Assembly: GCA_964466965.1 (NCBI GenBank)
Contig: CAYXPZ010000002.1
Coordinates: forward strand, 1-61,834
Source: an uncultured Hyphomicrobiaceae bacterium
GTDB taxonomy: Bacteria > Pseudomonadota > Alphaproteobacteria > Rhizobiales > Rhodomicrobiaceae
Direction: 5' to 3'
DNA: 61,834 nt
A program made the translations under genes and the position numbers. This document shows, one piece after another, positions 49,898 to 59,331 of this stretch. The notes under the pieces are model-generated. The model did not search any database. It was not told the DNA's origin and saw nothing but the letters and a program-made list of their open reading frames with translations. Position 1 is the first letter of the stretch. Each line of letters begins with the position of its first letter.

Positions 49898-50892
49898 CGC
49901 TGTGTGTGCTTGAAGCCGGATTGGGCCTGAGCCTGCAGGATGGCGGCCGCCGTGGCTATTTGCGTTACGGCGTATCGGAGTCCGGGCCCATGGATTGGGC
50001 GGCGCACGCGCTGGCAAACCGCCTACTTGGGAATGCAGCCGACGCAGCAGCGCTGGAGATTGGGCCGGGCGGCGCGCGCTTTGAAGCGCAGAGGTCACTG
50101 GCAGTTGCTGTTGCCGGACCGGGCGCTCGGATCATGGTCGACGGCGCAACCTATACCGCACTGGCTGTTGTCGCCCTGGCCTCCGGTCAGCAAATCGACA
50201 TACGCCCGGGCCAGGCTGGTATGTGGGCCTATCTCGCGGTTCCCGGCGGCATTGCAGCGCCGGAAGTCCTTGGTTCCGCGGCGCATCACGCCCGCGCCGG
50301 TCTCGGCCACCGGGTCCAACAAGGCGAGTCGCTGCACCCCGAGGAAGAGCGGCCGGGAGCGGTGGGCATCTTGCCGTATGCCGATCCACTCGCGGATTTG
50401 CCCGGCGGGCCGCTCGGCGTGGTGCCGGGGCCGCAGGACCATATGTTCTCGAAAACGATGAAGGCGCGGCTCGTGACGTCTGAATGGTGCGTGTCGGCCC
50501 GCGCCGACCGGATGGGTTATCGGCTTGAGGGCCCTCGGCTAGAGGCCGAGGCGGGCCACGATATCGTCTCAGAAGGGATCGTGATGGGCAGCATCCAGGT
50601 TCCGGGCGATGGCCAGCCCATTGTTCTCATGGCGGACCGGCAGCCGACCGGGGGATATGCAAAGATTGGCGTGGTCTGTCGTGCCGATGTGCGCCGTGTT
50701 GCGCAGACCCGGCCGGGCGAAGCTCTCCGGTTTGAATTCATCTCGGCATGCGACGCGGTGGAGCGTGTGCGCGGCGTTCGCGAAGCGATTAACGCGCCGC
50801 TAAAGCCGATTGGAACGACGCCAGCGGCCGAGCGGCTGCTGTGTGCCAACCTTATCAGCGGCGTGACCGGAGTGGAGCCGCACGATCTCTAG
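49894..50892 (+). CDS. pxpC: 5-oxoprolinase subunit C (KipA-like)
   Basis: LQDGGR, GPMD, ANRLLGN, DRMGYRL, GSIQVPGDGQPIVL, TGGYAKI. Confidence 0.92.
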   Translation: MTLCVLEAGLGLSLQDGGRRGYLRYGVSESGPMDWAAHALANRLLGNAADAAALEIGPGGARFEAQRSLAVAVAGPGARIMVDGATYTALAVVALASGQQIDIRPGQAGMWAYLAVPGGIAAPEVLGSAAHHARAGLGHRVQQGESLHPEEERPGAVGILPYADPLADLPGGPLGVVPGPQDHMFSKTMKARLVTSEWCVSARADRMGYRLEGPRLEAEAGHDIVSEGIVMGSIQVPGDGQPIVLMADRQPTGGYAKIGVVCRADVRRVAQTRPGEALRFEFISACDAVERVRGVREAINAPLKPIGTTPAAERLLCANLISGVTGVEPHDL

Positions 50893-50939
50893 AGTACGTT
50901 CAGCTAAGGTGGACTCCGGTTTTGCAGACATTGCTCTGG

Positions 50940-51587
50940 TTACGACGCATCCGCCGGAACGTTGAACAACACCTCGTTACGGCGCAAGAAGCCGGGTGTG
51001 AACGGGTCGTTGTAATAGGCATAAACGGGCGGGCCGGTGGGTTCGATCCCGCGTGCGGACAACCACGCGCGCAACTCTTGCGTCTTACGGCTGAACAACG
51101 CGGTGTCCCAGCCGCCGCTGAAGCGGATCGCCGCCCTGCGCTCGGCCGGGATTTGCTCAAGGGTCACGTCGCCAGCAGGCGTCGGCAAATCCGCCATCGT
51201 GTATTGCGCTGGCATGATGAAGCGCACAACCCACTCGCCATCCTGTTGCGACTGGGTTACCGGTGCGGTCATGGAGATTTTCTCGGCTGGCTCTTGCGTG
51301 ACCGGGGCCGTCATCGAGATGCTATCGCCGCCGCGCTCGCGCGCGAAGATGTAATCCGCGAGTGGGTCGAAAGCCTCGCGGATAGCATTGTCGCGGCTGC
51401 CGGTGCGGCGCACCTGCGCAACGATGATTTCGGGATAGTCCCGGATCTCCACGGCGCCATCTTTGACGACAGTCTGATAATTCGGCGTCTCGATGTTGCG
51501 TGTCACGATAATCCAGGCACCAATGGCGACCACGAGGACCGCCAAAACGCCCCCACCAATAATCCAGAACACTTTTTTCACGCTCAT
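50940..51587 (-). CDS. SOUL heme-binding family protein
   Basis: ETPNY, EIRDY, AFDPLADYIF, ISMTAPV present twice, FIMP, YNDPFT, RRNEV. Confidence 0.92.
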   Translation of the reverse strand: MSVKKVFWIIGGGVLAVLVVAIGAWIIVTRNIETPNYQTVVKDGAVEIRDYPEIIVAQVRRTGSRDNAIREAFDPLADYIFARERGGDSISMTAPVTQEPAEKISMTAPVTQSQQDGEWVVRFIMPAQYTMADLPTPAGDVTLEQIPAERRAAIRFSGGWDTALFSRKTQELRAWLSARGIEPTGPPVYAYYNDPFTPGFLRRNEVLFNVPADAS

Positions 51588-51619
51588 ATCGTCGCCGTCT
51601 TTACTGTACGTATGAGCAC

Positions 51620-51645
51620 TACGTGTCAGCAGGGCTTTCAGTTCC
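51620..51645 (-). promoter_or_regulatory. ECF-type promoter upstream of the SOUL gene
   Basis: Minus strand GGAACT-N16-CGTA in the prs-SOUL spacer. Confidence 0.55.
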
Positions 51646-51653
51646 CGTTCAGC

Positions 51654-52586
51654 TCAATCGAACAGGCTGGACACCGACTCTTCATTGGCGGTGCGGGCGA
51701 TCGCTTCCCCGATGAGTGGCGCGATCGAGAGCACTTCGATATTGTCAGCCACGCGCACGGCTTCTGTCGGGAGAATGGAGTCTGTGATCACCAGCTTCTC
51801 AAGGCAGGACGCGGTGATGCGCGCCACCGCCCCGCCGGCCAACACACCGTGCGTGATGTAGGCATAGACTTGGCGCGCGCCCTGCTCCAGGAGCGCGGCT
51901 GCGCCATTGCACAGAGTCCCGCCGCTATCCACGATATCATCGACGACAATGCAGGTGCGGCCTTCGACATTCCCGATGACATTCATTACCTCGCTGTCGC
52001 CAGGTCGGTCGCGCCGCTTGTCGATGATGGCCAGTGGTGCATCGATCCGCTTTGCCAGGCCGCGCGCACGCACGACGCCGCCAACATCCGGCGAGACCAC
52101 CGTGATGTCGGTACCATTGAAGCGCTGCATGATGTCGCGGACCATGACTGGCGCGGCAAACAGGTTGTCGGTCGGAATATCGAAAAACCCTTGAATTTGC
52201 CCGGCGTGCAGGTCGAGCGTCAGCACGCGGTCAGCGCCGGCGTTGACGATCATGTTGGCTACAAGTTTTGCGGATATCGGCGTACGTGGGGTCACCTTGC
52301 GGTCCTGCCGGGCGTAACCGTAGTAGGGAATGACCGCGGTAATCCGGCTGGCCGAGGCGCGGCGCAGCGCGTCGATCAGGATCATCAGTTCCATGAGGTT
52401 GTCATTTGCGGGAAATGACGTGGACTGGATCACGAAGGTGTCTTCGCCGCGCACGTTCTCCTCAATCGCGACATAGATTTCCATGTCCGCAAAGCGCTTG
52501 ACCGAGCACTGGGTGAGCGGCGTGTTGAGATATGCTGCGATGGCCGCGGCGAGGGGCCGGTTACTATTGCCCGAAACGAGCTTCAT
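51654..52586 (-). CDS. prs: ribose-phosphate pyrophosphokinase
   Basis: [40 protein letters not shown]. Confidence 0.98.
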   Translation of the reverse strand: MKLVSGNSNRPLAAAIAAYLNTPLTQCSVKRFADMEIYVAIEENVRGEDTFVIQSTSFPANDNLMELMILIDALRRASASRITAVIPYYGYARQDRKVTPRTPISAKLVANMIVNAGADRVLTLDLHAGQIQGFFDIPTDNLFAAPVMVRDIMQRFNGTDITVVSPDVGGVVRARGLAKRIDAPLAIIDKRRDRPGDSEVMNVIGNVEGRTCIVVDDIVDSGGTLCNGAAALLEQGARQVYAYITHGVLAGGAVARITASCLEKLVITDSILPTEAVRVADNIEVLSIAPLIGEAIARTANEESVSSLFD

Positions 52587-52756
52587 CGGGGCGAAACTCC
52601 GGAAGATGGACGCGCTTCATTTGGCAGCACGTACCTCACGTCACGGCTTCTATCAGCAGGGTCACACGATGTAAAGCTAGGCTCTGCAACGGCTTCGCGT
52701 CGATATGTTGGCAGATAACGGCCGTGTGCAAAGAGACCGAGCCATCTACGCCGCGT

Positions 52757-53812
52757 TCAGCTGGTTGGGTCGGGCAGAATTTTCGCGACGGCTTTGGCAG
52801 CTTCGCCAGCCGCGATATCAGCAACGCGGCCCCACGAACCGTCCAGAGAGCCTTCCTTGATCTTGTTGCGCTGGACGACAGCGCTTTTCAGAGGGTCGCC
52901 ATTTGGATCAAGCACGAGCCAGCGGATCGTAATCGGTTGCTCACCGCCCTCTGCCGCGCCCAACTCGACAGTTCCACGAACCGTGTAGGTGTTCTGGTTA
53001 CTGGAATTCACGAGGTTCATGCCGCGCGAGCGCAGCTGCTGGCGCATCGCTGCAGGCAGGGCGGTGTTGCCGTCACCGGGGGCGCCCGTGACCTCAGGCA
53101 CGACCACCAGCACTTCGGAAGAGCTTTGCGCAGCGCTTGCTGTCGTCGTCTGTTCAGGCTGCGGTTGGCCTGTCGTCGAGGTGGCGCTGACGCTGCCGGT
53201 CGTCGCGACCTCGGTCGTCGGGGCTTCTTTTTTGGGCAACCACTGCTGGAGTCGATCTGCTGTCGTCACGGCGATTTTGCGCATTGCCTTGTCGTTGACT
53301 GCCGCCCAAGGGTCTCCGCTCACGCGCTCGGCAACGACTTCCTCTCCCGAGAAGCGGTGCGCACGCTTGCCGCTCTCGTCCGTGACATCCCAGATATAAG
53401 AAACCTTGGTGCCCTCGGTTTCCGGAGAGGCCACGAGATATCCGCGAATCGTATAGTCAGCGCCATCTTCCTCGACCGGAATATTCTTTTCCTTGGCGGC
53501 TGTCGCGAGCATCTGTCCCATCTTGTTTGAGACACTGCCCGGCGCTGCGACAGGTGCCAGCGCGATGGACGCCGTTTTCGTCTCGGTTTGCGATTGGGAA
53601 AGTTCAGAAGGTGCTTCGGATGTCTGATCCGAGGTTGAGCAACCTGCCGTCAAAGCGGCTATCAGCACCGCAAAAATAAATAGCGCCGTCTGTACTGCGC
53701 TATATGCCGTGTTGGTTGTGGTCACGCCCCTCACGTGATGCACTCCCTTTCCCGATAGCTGCCCATCCGCTGCGCTAAAACTTGAGCGTTGCGGATCGAA
53801 GTCATTGCTCAT
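52757..53812 (-). CDS. hypothetical lipoprotein with two similar domains
   Basis: Lipobox LTAGC; repeated YT(I/V)RG...W domain pattern; located between pgeF and prs. Start uncertain. Confidence 0.75.
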   Translation of the reverse strand: MSNDFDPQRSSFSAADGQLSGKGVHHVRGVTTTNTAYSAVQTALFIFAVLIAALTAGCSTSDQTSEAPSELSQSQTETKTASIALAPVAAPGSVSNKMGQMLATAAKEKNIPVEEDGADYTIRGYLVASPETEGTKVSYIWDVTDESGKRAHRFSGEEVVAERVSGDPWAAVNDKAMRKIAVTTADRLQQWLPKKEAPTTEVATTGSVSATSTTGQPQPEQTTTASAAQSSSEVLVVVPEVTGAPGDGNTALPAAMRQQLRSRGMNLVNSSNQNTYTVRGTVELGAAEGGEQPITIRWLVLDPNGDPLKSAVVQRNKIKEGSLDGSWGRVADIAAGEAAKAVAKILPDPTS

Positions 53813-53923
53813 GCCTTAAGCGTTAGCCGCTATCAGGGTTTCAGTCCATACGCTTGTGGAGTGATGCTCGCCCGATCAACAGATCCTGATGCGAAATCAA
53901 ACAAACCCCATCAGTTTTCCACA

Positions 53924-54688
53924 TCATAAGATAAGGATGGCGGAAATTTGGCGTCCGTAATCAGGCTCTTGGCGCTTCTGGGCGCGTCTGTAGCTGAACA
54001 GAAGTGATTCGTTTTGGTAGGTGCAGACCGACTGATCATCGATTTGGCGGATGCCTGCGGCACGCAGTTTGGCATGGATATAGCCGGGCAGGTTGAAATG
54101 CGGCCGCGCGCCGCTCTGTGGGATATGAAAGAACGCCTCGTTGTCGGGAGCCTGGGCCAGGAACGACGCTTTGAAGTCCTCGCCGACTTCGTACACGTCG
54201 GCTGAGATGCTTGGCCCAACCGCAGCACGGATGCGCTCCTGCTGGGCACCAAGTGCAGCCATAGCTGCGACGGTCGCGTCGAGAATGCCGCCAAGCGCAC
54301 CGCGCCACCCTGCATGCGCCGCCCCGACCACCCCCGCTTCAGCGTCTGCAAACAGCACCGGCGCGCAATCTGCGGCCAGCACACCGACAGCAAGCCCGCG
54401 TGTGCACGTGACGATCGCGTCTGCTTCGGGCGGCGCATCTGACGGCCAGGGTTCGGCGGCGACTGCGACAGTGGCCGTGTGGGCTTGGCGCGGTGTGATC
54501 AGCCGCGTGGTTTCTACGCCGAGATCGGCGGCGCTCCGGGCGCGGTTTTCCAACACAGCCGCGCGATCATCTTTAGAGCCGAGGCCGCAATTGCGGCTGG
54601 CATACATTCCGGTGGATACGCCGCCTTCGCGGGTGAAAAAGCCGTGGCGGATCCCGGGCAGGCTTTTCAGTTGATCGGCTTCGATCAT
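53924..54688 (-). CDS. pgeF: YfiH/PgeF family purine nucleoside phosphorylase-like protein
   Basis: HGFFTR, QAH, ADCAPVL, AAHAGWRG, GPSI, FSYRR. Confidence 0.94.
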   Translation of the reverse strand: MIEADQLKSLPGIRHGFFTREGGVSTGMYASRNCGLGSKDDRAAVLENRARSAADLGVETTRLITPRQAHTATVAVAAEPWPSDAPPEADAIVTCTRGLAVGVLAADCAPVLFADAEAGVVGAAHAGWRGALGGILDATVAAMAALGAQQERIRAAVGPSISADVYEVGEDFKASFLAQAPDNEAFFHIPQSGARPHFNLPGYIHAKLRAAGIRQIDDQSVCTYQNESLLFSYRRAQKRQEPDYGRQISAILIL

Positions 54689-55803
54689 CGCTGGTCTCCA
54701 AATGGCGGCGGCGTGCCAGGCCGGGACGTGACGGCCATCACCTTGAATAACGCCCCCATCTGCGCCGGGTCCACGAGTCGCCGCACGCCGGACATGAGGT
54801 TGTCTTGCTGCTCCGGCGTGGCCGCACGCAAGAGCGTCTGGCAGCGCGCTTCGAGCCCAAGCTGCAGCAGGAATTGTCCCTGCGGCATGGGGCCGTGGGC
54901 AGCCAACGACGCGGCTTCGGCATGGCTGGCGAGTGCGCGGAAATCGACGTGGGCCGTCACGTCATGCGCCCCCGGTGCGTCGAACAGGCCGGCATAGCGA
55001 TGGCCGGAGACGGCTTGGAGCGTATCGCCGTGCGGTGCTTCTGCGTGCCCATAGTCTATGAACAAGGCGGCTTGCGGACCGGCTTTACCGCGCTCGGCGA
55101 TCTCGGCCATGAGCAACTCTGCTTGCGGACGCAGTTCAGCGATGTCGCCCTCAGCCGGATCGCTCGGCAACAGATCGCGTTGCGCTGCGCTCAAGTCTGC
55201 TGTGCCGCCCTCGGTGAAGTAGAACCCGCGCGCGGCATCGTGGCCGACGCAACGCTCAAGCCATAGGCCGGAGCGAAAGACGATCTGGCGGACCGGCAGC
55301 GCGTCGAGAAATTCATTCGCAAGGATGATCGCAGGGCCGTCCGGCGCGTCGGAAAGCGTGTCATGCCATTGCGGCTGGCCGCCCTCCAGCATGCGCGCCT
55401 GCTGCGTACGCAAAGTTGGTGAGGTCTCCACCAAATGCAGCCGCAGCGCCTGGCGAAATTCTGGTAGCGCTTTTGCCGCGCGCAGCGCATCGGCGGCAAG
55501 GGTGCCGCGCCCTGGCCCAAGCTCAATCAGCGCGATCTGCTCCGGCGCGTCCATCGATTGCCAGACGGAAGCCGCCCAAAGCCCCAGCAGTTCGCCAAAA
55601 ACCTGGCTGATCTCCGGCGCCGTGATAAAATCACCATCCCGGCCGATCGGCTGTGCGGCGTGGTAATAGCCGTGAACGGGATCATTGAGGCAGGCATCCA
55701 TGTAGTCGTGCGCCGTCATCGGCGCCCCTGCCGAGATGCGCGCGATGAGCCTGCGCGCCAGCGGGGTCGGCTCAGATTCGACGTTCGCAGTTCGCAGGTT
55801 CAC
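54685..55803 (-). CDS. SAM-dependent methyltransferase (MidA/NDUFAF7 family)
   Basis: GYY, GDFITAPEISQVFGE, ELGPGRGTL, ANEFLDALP, IDYG, DVTAHVDF, MGALFKV; GTG start inferred. Confidence 0.92.
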   Translation of the reverse strand: MNLRTANVESEPTPLARRLIARISAGAPMTAHDYMDACLNDPVHGYYHAAQPIGRDGDFITAPEISQVFGELLGLWAASVWQSMDAPEQIALIELGPGRGTLAADALRAAKALPEFRQALRLHLVETSPTLRTQQARMLEGGQPQWHDTLSDAPDGPAIILANEFLDALPVRQIVFRSGLWLERCVGHDAARGFYFTEGGTADLSAAQRDLLPSDPAEGDIAELRPQAELLMAEIAERGKAGPQAALFIDYGHAEAPHGDTLQAVSGHRYAGLFDAPGAHDVTAHVDFRALASHAEAASLAAHGPMPQGQFLLQLGLEARCQTLLRAATPEQQDNLMSGVRRLVDPAQMGALFKVMAVTSRPGTPPPFGDQR

Positions 55804-55819
55804 GGATTTTGCGGCCAAT

Positions 55820-56611
55820 TCAAATATCGGTTTCCAAAAAATCGCGGGACATGGCGTAGGCGACAGCCTTGGCCACTGATCCACCGCCCGGCATAAGGGT
55901 GGCGTGGTTGACGCCCAGCACGTGGAGCTCCTTGCGCAGGTGCTTCTTGCTTTCGCCCGCGATGATGATCCTCTTGAGATAAGCCTCCGGGCGGCGCAAG
56001 AACAGGCGGAATTCATTTAGCGGCACGTTCGAGTGTCCGTGCGTAACGAAATATACGTCCATCTGGCTCTGCGGCCGGATGTTGCGGAATGGCTTGAAAC
56101 ACATTGGCGCTTCGGCGGCCGGCGCAGGTGATGCGTTCGGATCGTCCAGCTTCACGCAATAGTCGTCGCGGAACAGCGCGCTGTTCGTGACCGGTATCAT
56201 CGCCAGACGCGAGGCAACCTCGTTGAAGTACCAGGGATTAAACACCCACACCTGGCCATTACTGCTCGAAATGGTTTCCACGGCGAAGAACAGCGCCGCG
56301 AGCGGGTTGCCGCACCATTCCTGGATGCGTGTCGGAAGGCCGTTCTGATGTCCCAGGATTGGCCACATCTCGTCTGGAACCCCGCCGGGCGGGAAGAACT
56401 CAGCCGCGCGCATGCGAAACTCGCGGAGCAACTCCCGCTCAAGGGCTGGGTCAATGCTGCCGCGATACAAAGGAGGCAGGATATTGTCGTCCTCCGAGGC
56501 CTGCCCAAGATACCATGGACGCACCGGCGCGTCTTCGAGCCCCACGCTAAATTCGGTCGAGAAGGTGAGCTCGATGAACTCACTAACGGTGTGGATCACC
56601 GGGGCGGACAT
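55820..56611 (-). CDS. divergent FRG-domain protein
   Basis: WYLGQ...ILPPLYR...ERELLREF...GLPTRIQEWCGNPLAALFFAV...VWVFNP matches the FRG-domain scaffold; GAGG SD. Confidence 0.78.
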   Translation of the reverse strand: MSAPVIHTVSEFIELTFSTEFSVGLEDAPVRPWYLGQASEDDNILPPLYRGSIDPALERELLREFRMRAAEFFPPGGVPDEMWPILGHQNGLPTRIQEWCGNPLAALFFAVETISSSNGQVWVFNPWYFNEVASRLAMIPVTNSALFRDDYCVKLDDPNASPAPAAEAPMCFKPFRNIRPQSQMDVYFVTHGHSNVPLNEFRLFLRRPEAYLKRIIIAGESKKHLRKELHVLGVNHATLMPGGGSVAKAVAYAMSRDFLETDI

Positions 56612-56646
56612 TCAAATGTCCTCTGATGTCGTGGCCGGCTTCACGG

Positions 56647-57504
56647 TTATGCGGCCAGAGCCGTCTGGCGCTGTGCCCGCGCATAGAAGTATAGCCCCAG
56701 CGCAATCATGGGCAGGGAGTAAATCATGCCCGCCGAGAAATAACTGGTCGTGAAGAACTGGCCGTAATCCCATTCCTTGAAGAATTCCACGAAAACGCGC
56801 GCGGCGCCATAAATCATTAGGAAAGCGCCGACGATCAGGCCGGGCCGCGCGAGGGCGCCGCGCTTGTGCGTGAGATAGCGCAGCGCGACGAAAAGAACGA
56901 TGCCTTCGAGGATCGCTTCGTAAAGTTGCGTCGGGTGGCGCGGTCCGACCGCGTGCCCCTCGGCCAGCACGCGTGCGGGGAACTCGACCGCCCACGGCAC
57001 GTCGCTCAGGCGTCCATAGATCTCGCCGTTGATGAAGTTGGCAAGCCGCCCGAAGAACAGTCCGAACGGTGTTGCCGCGGCGGCGAGATCCATGAGTGAA
57101 AACACCCGAATGTTGTTGCGCCGCGCGAAGATATACGTCGCCAGGCCGACGCCGAGCAGGCCACCGTGAAAGGCCATGCCACCGCCCCAAACGGAGAAAA
57201 TCTGCAGCGGGTTTTCAAGAAAGTAGCTCGGTTCATAGAATACCACGAATCCCAAACGCCCGCCGATGATCGTCCCGATCGTGGCCCAGATGAGGAAGTC
57301 GTCGACCTTCGCCGGCGTAATCGGCGACTGACCGCCCCAGATTTGCGCATTCCGGGCCAGCGCGCGCATGTAGAGCCAGCCAACAAGCAGTCCGCCCAGA
57401 TAGGCCAGCCCGTACCAGCGGATTTCGGCAGGGCCAATGGCAATCGCCACAGGATCGATTGTTGGAAATGGGATCGCCATGAATGTCGCGGGCGTGTCGG
57501 TCAT
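56647..57504 (-). CDS. lgt: prolipoprotein diacylglyceryl transferase
   Basis: IRWYGL, GGRLG, GGMAFHGG, GRLANFINGE, HPTQLYE. Start 57504 or 57480. Confidence 0.97.
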   Translation of the reverse strand: MTDTPATFMAIPFPTIDPVAIAIGPAEIRWYGLAYLGGLLVGWLYMRALARNAQIWGGQSPITPAKVDDFLIWATIGTIIGGRLGFVVFYEPSYFLENPLQIFSVWGGGMAFHGGLLGVGLATYIFARRNNIRVFSLMDLAAAATPFGLFFGRLANFINGEIYGRLSDVPWAVEFPARVLAEGHAVGPRHPTQLYEAILEGIVLFVALRYLTHKRGALARPGLIVGAFLMIYGAARVFVEFFKEWDYGQFFTTSYFSAGMIYSLPMIALGLYFYARAQRQTALAA

Positions 57505-57676
57505 CTCTGTATCAACGTGTTCATTGTGCGTGGCACGGGTTGCAATGGCGCGCAGCAAGCGAAACGGCTATCCGAGCCGGGGTTGATTGCAGCGCGCACC
57601 GGTTCCATAGTCGATCCAATAAGGCTCGGTGATGACAATGCCGTGACACGCGCCGATCTAAAAGGACTGACACATC

Positions 57677-57976
57677 ATGACCCAGACCACCAACAAGCTT
57701 TTTGACGATTTCGCGAAGTTGATGACCGATGCGGCCGGTGCGGCGCAGAGCGCCCGGCAGGAGTTTGAGACGCTGGCGCGCGCGCAGATGGAACGCGTAA
57801 CCCGCGAACTTGATCTCGTTCAGCGCGAGGAGTTTGAGGCCGTGCGTGAAATGGCGCAGAAGGCGCGCGAAGAGAACGAGGCGCTCAAGGCGCGGATCGC
57901 CAGACTTGAAGCCGCACTCAACTTGCCGCCGGAAACGCCGGGCGAGACGCCGGGCGTGGGCGGGCCAACCGTTTAG
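57677..57976 (+). CDS. ubiK: accessory factor UbiK (BMFP) family protein
   Basis: DDFAKLMTDAAG, LDLVQREEFEAVREMA, coiled coil; divergent from lgt. Confidence 0.85.
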   Translation: MTQTTNKLFDDFAKLMTDAAGAAQSARQEFETLARAQMERVTRELDLVQREEFEAVREMAQKAREENEALKARIARLEAALNLPPETPGETPGVGGPTV

Positions 57977-58039
57977 GGCGTAGGCAGGCGCAGGATGCGG
58001 CCGCCGGTAGGCGGGCCGCAACCAGATGCATGACGTCCG

Positions 58040-58408
58040 TTAGTTCGCGGATTCTTTGATGTAGGTGTTGATCCGTTCGGCCAGCGCCTCATTAGACCGG
58101 CTTTCCTGGGCTATCTGGTTGTATTCCTGAACGGAAATGCCCGGCGTTTCCTCAACTGTCGAGGTCATAAGCTGATTGGTCTGCTGCTGGATCTGCGCGC
58201 GCTCTTCGTCATTGGACGCGTTATTCATTTGAGACTGGTACTGTGAGCGAATGTCGATAAGCTTCACAGCGGCCTGCGCGAAAGATTGGATCTTATCGTC
58301 GCTGAAAGATTCCTGAGCCTGCGCTGTTGGGGCGTATGCGGCGAGGGGGCCGCCCATGCTCAGGAGCGCAGCCATAAACATTGCTACCGGTAAACGGTTG
58401 TACGTCAT
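58040..58408 (-). CDS. secreted DUF4168-like protein
   Basis: Signal peptide ending AQA|QE; SDDKIQSFAQA, GISVQEYNQIA; AAAGGT SD. Confidence 0.8.
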   Translation of the reverse strand: MTYNRLPVAMFMAALLSMGGPLAAYAPTAQAQESFSDDKIQSFAQAAVKLIDIRSQYQSQMNNASNDEERAQIQQQTNQLMTSTVEETPGISVQEYNQIAQESRSNEALAERINTYIKESAN

Positions 58409-58493
58409 CTATCGACCTTTCCTGAATTCGTTCATATTTCGCGTGCATGTCCGGTCGCCGCGCATAGCGCGGTGTTATCGGACGCCGTTCCGA

Positions 58494-58521
58494 TAGACAG
58501 GCCGAATGCGCTCAGAGTTCC
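58494..58521 (-). promoter_or_regulatory. ECF-type promoter for the DUF4168-like gene
   Basis: Minus strand GGAACT-N17-GTCTA. Confidence 0.55.
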
Positions 58522-58586
58522 ATTTTTGGAATTTTTTTTTGTTTCTGGGGCGCATATTGCACCGTGGCACAATCGAGGGGCAGGTC

Positions 58587-59084
58587 TTGGACGAAACCAG
58601 CGCATTGATTGCGAAGGAAATTCCACGTTTGCGGCGTTATGCGCTGAGCTTGGTGCGTGACGTGCCAGCGGCGGATGATCTTGTGCAGGACACGTTGGAG
58701 CGGGCCATTCGCAAGCGGCATCTGTGGTCCGGGCGCGGGTCGCTTCGGGGGTGGCTTTATCGTGTCTTGTTTTCGGTGTTCCTTAACAAGTGGGCGCCAA
58801 GCTCTGCCCGTCGCCCGGACGCCGCGCTGGAAGGCGGGCCGCAGCTCTGGCAGCGCCCAGCGCAGGAAGATCGGGCGCATTGCCGCGAAGTGGCGCGGGC
58901 CATGCAGCATCTGCCGCATGAGCAGCGCGCGGCCATTGCGCTGACAGCGGTGGAAGGTCTGGAATACCAGGAAGCGGCGGATATTCTGGAGATCCCGATC
59001 GGCACGCTGCGCTCGCGGCTATCGCGCGGACGCGACGCACTCCGCGTGATGTGTCCCGGTGATAACGACCCTGTACGAAATTGA
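58587..59084 (+). CDS. ECF RNA polymerase sigma factor (PrtI/ECF26-like)
   Basis: IPRLRRYA, ADDLVQDTLERA, WL, LPHEQR, GLEYQEAA, PIGTLRSRLSRGR; TTG start with GAGG SD. Confidence 0.9.
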   Translation: MDETSALIAKEIPRLRRYALSLVRDVPAADDLVQDTLERAIRKRHLWSGRGSLRGWLYRVLFSVFLNKWAPSSARRPDAALEGGPQLWQRPAQEDRAHCREVARAMQHLPHEQRAAIALTAVEGLEYQEAADILEIPIGTLRSRLSRGRDALRVMCPGDNDPVRN

Positions 59085-59331
59085 GATTCGGGGGTCTGTC
59101 CCGTGCCGCCCTTGCAACCCTTACCCGGTGCTTCGTGATTTCCCCGTGGACTGCTGTCCCGGTTGCTTGCGCGAGTCAGACCGCGCTGGTACCCGATCAT
59201 GAGTTGCGAGCAAATCACTTTGACGCGCGAGGGGGTGGTCAGGCGTTTCCCCTGTGTTCCACAGGGGCCAGAGCACTGCTGTGCCTGGCCTCACGGTCAA
59301 TAACGCGAAGAGGCGGGCGGAAAGACAGGGC

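Noticed and set aside
50841-53530. 525-aa and 332-aa plus-strand ORFs
   Set aside because: Antisense to SOUL, prs and the lipoprotein gene; Arg/His-rich composition typical of shadow frames.
54685-56016. N-terminal extension of the methyltransferase overlapping the FRG gene
   Set aside because: The family-typical sequence starts after the FRG stop (about 55803); the extension is an ORF-calling artefact.
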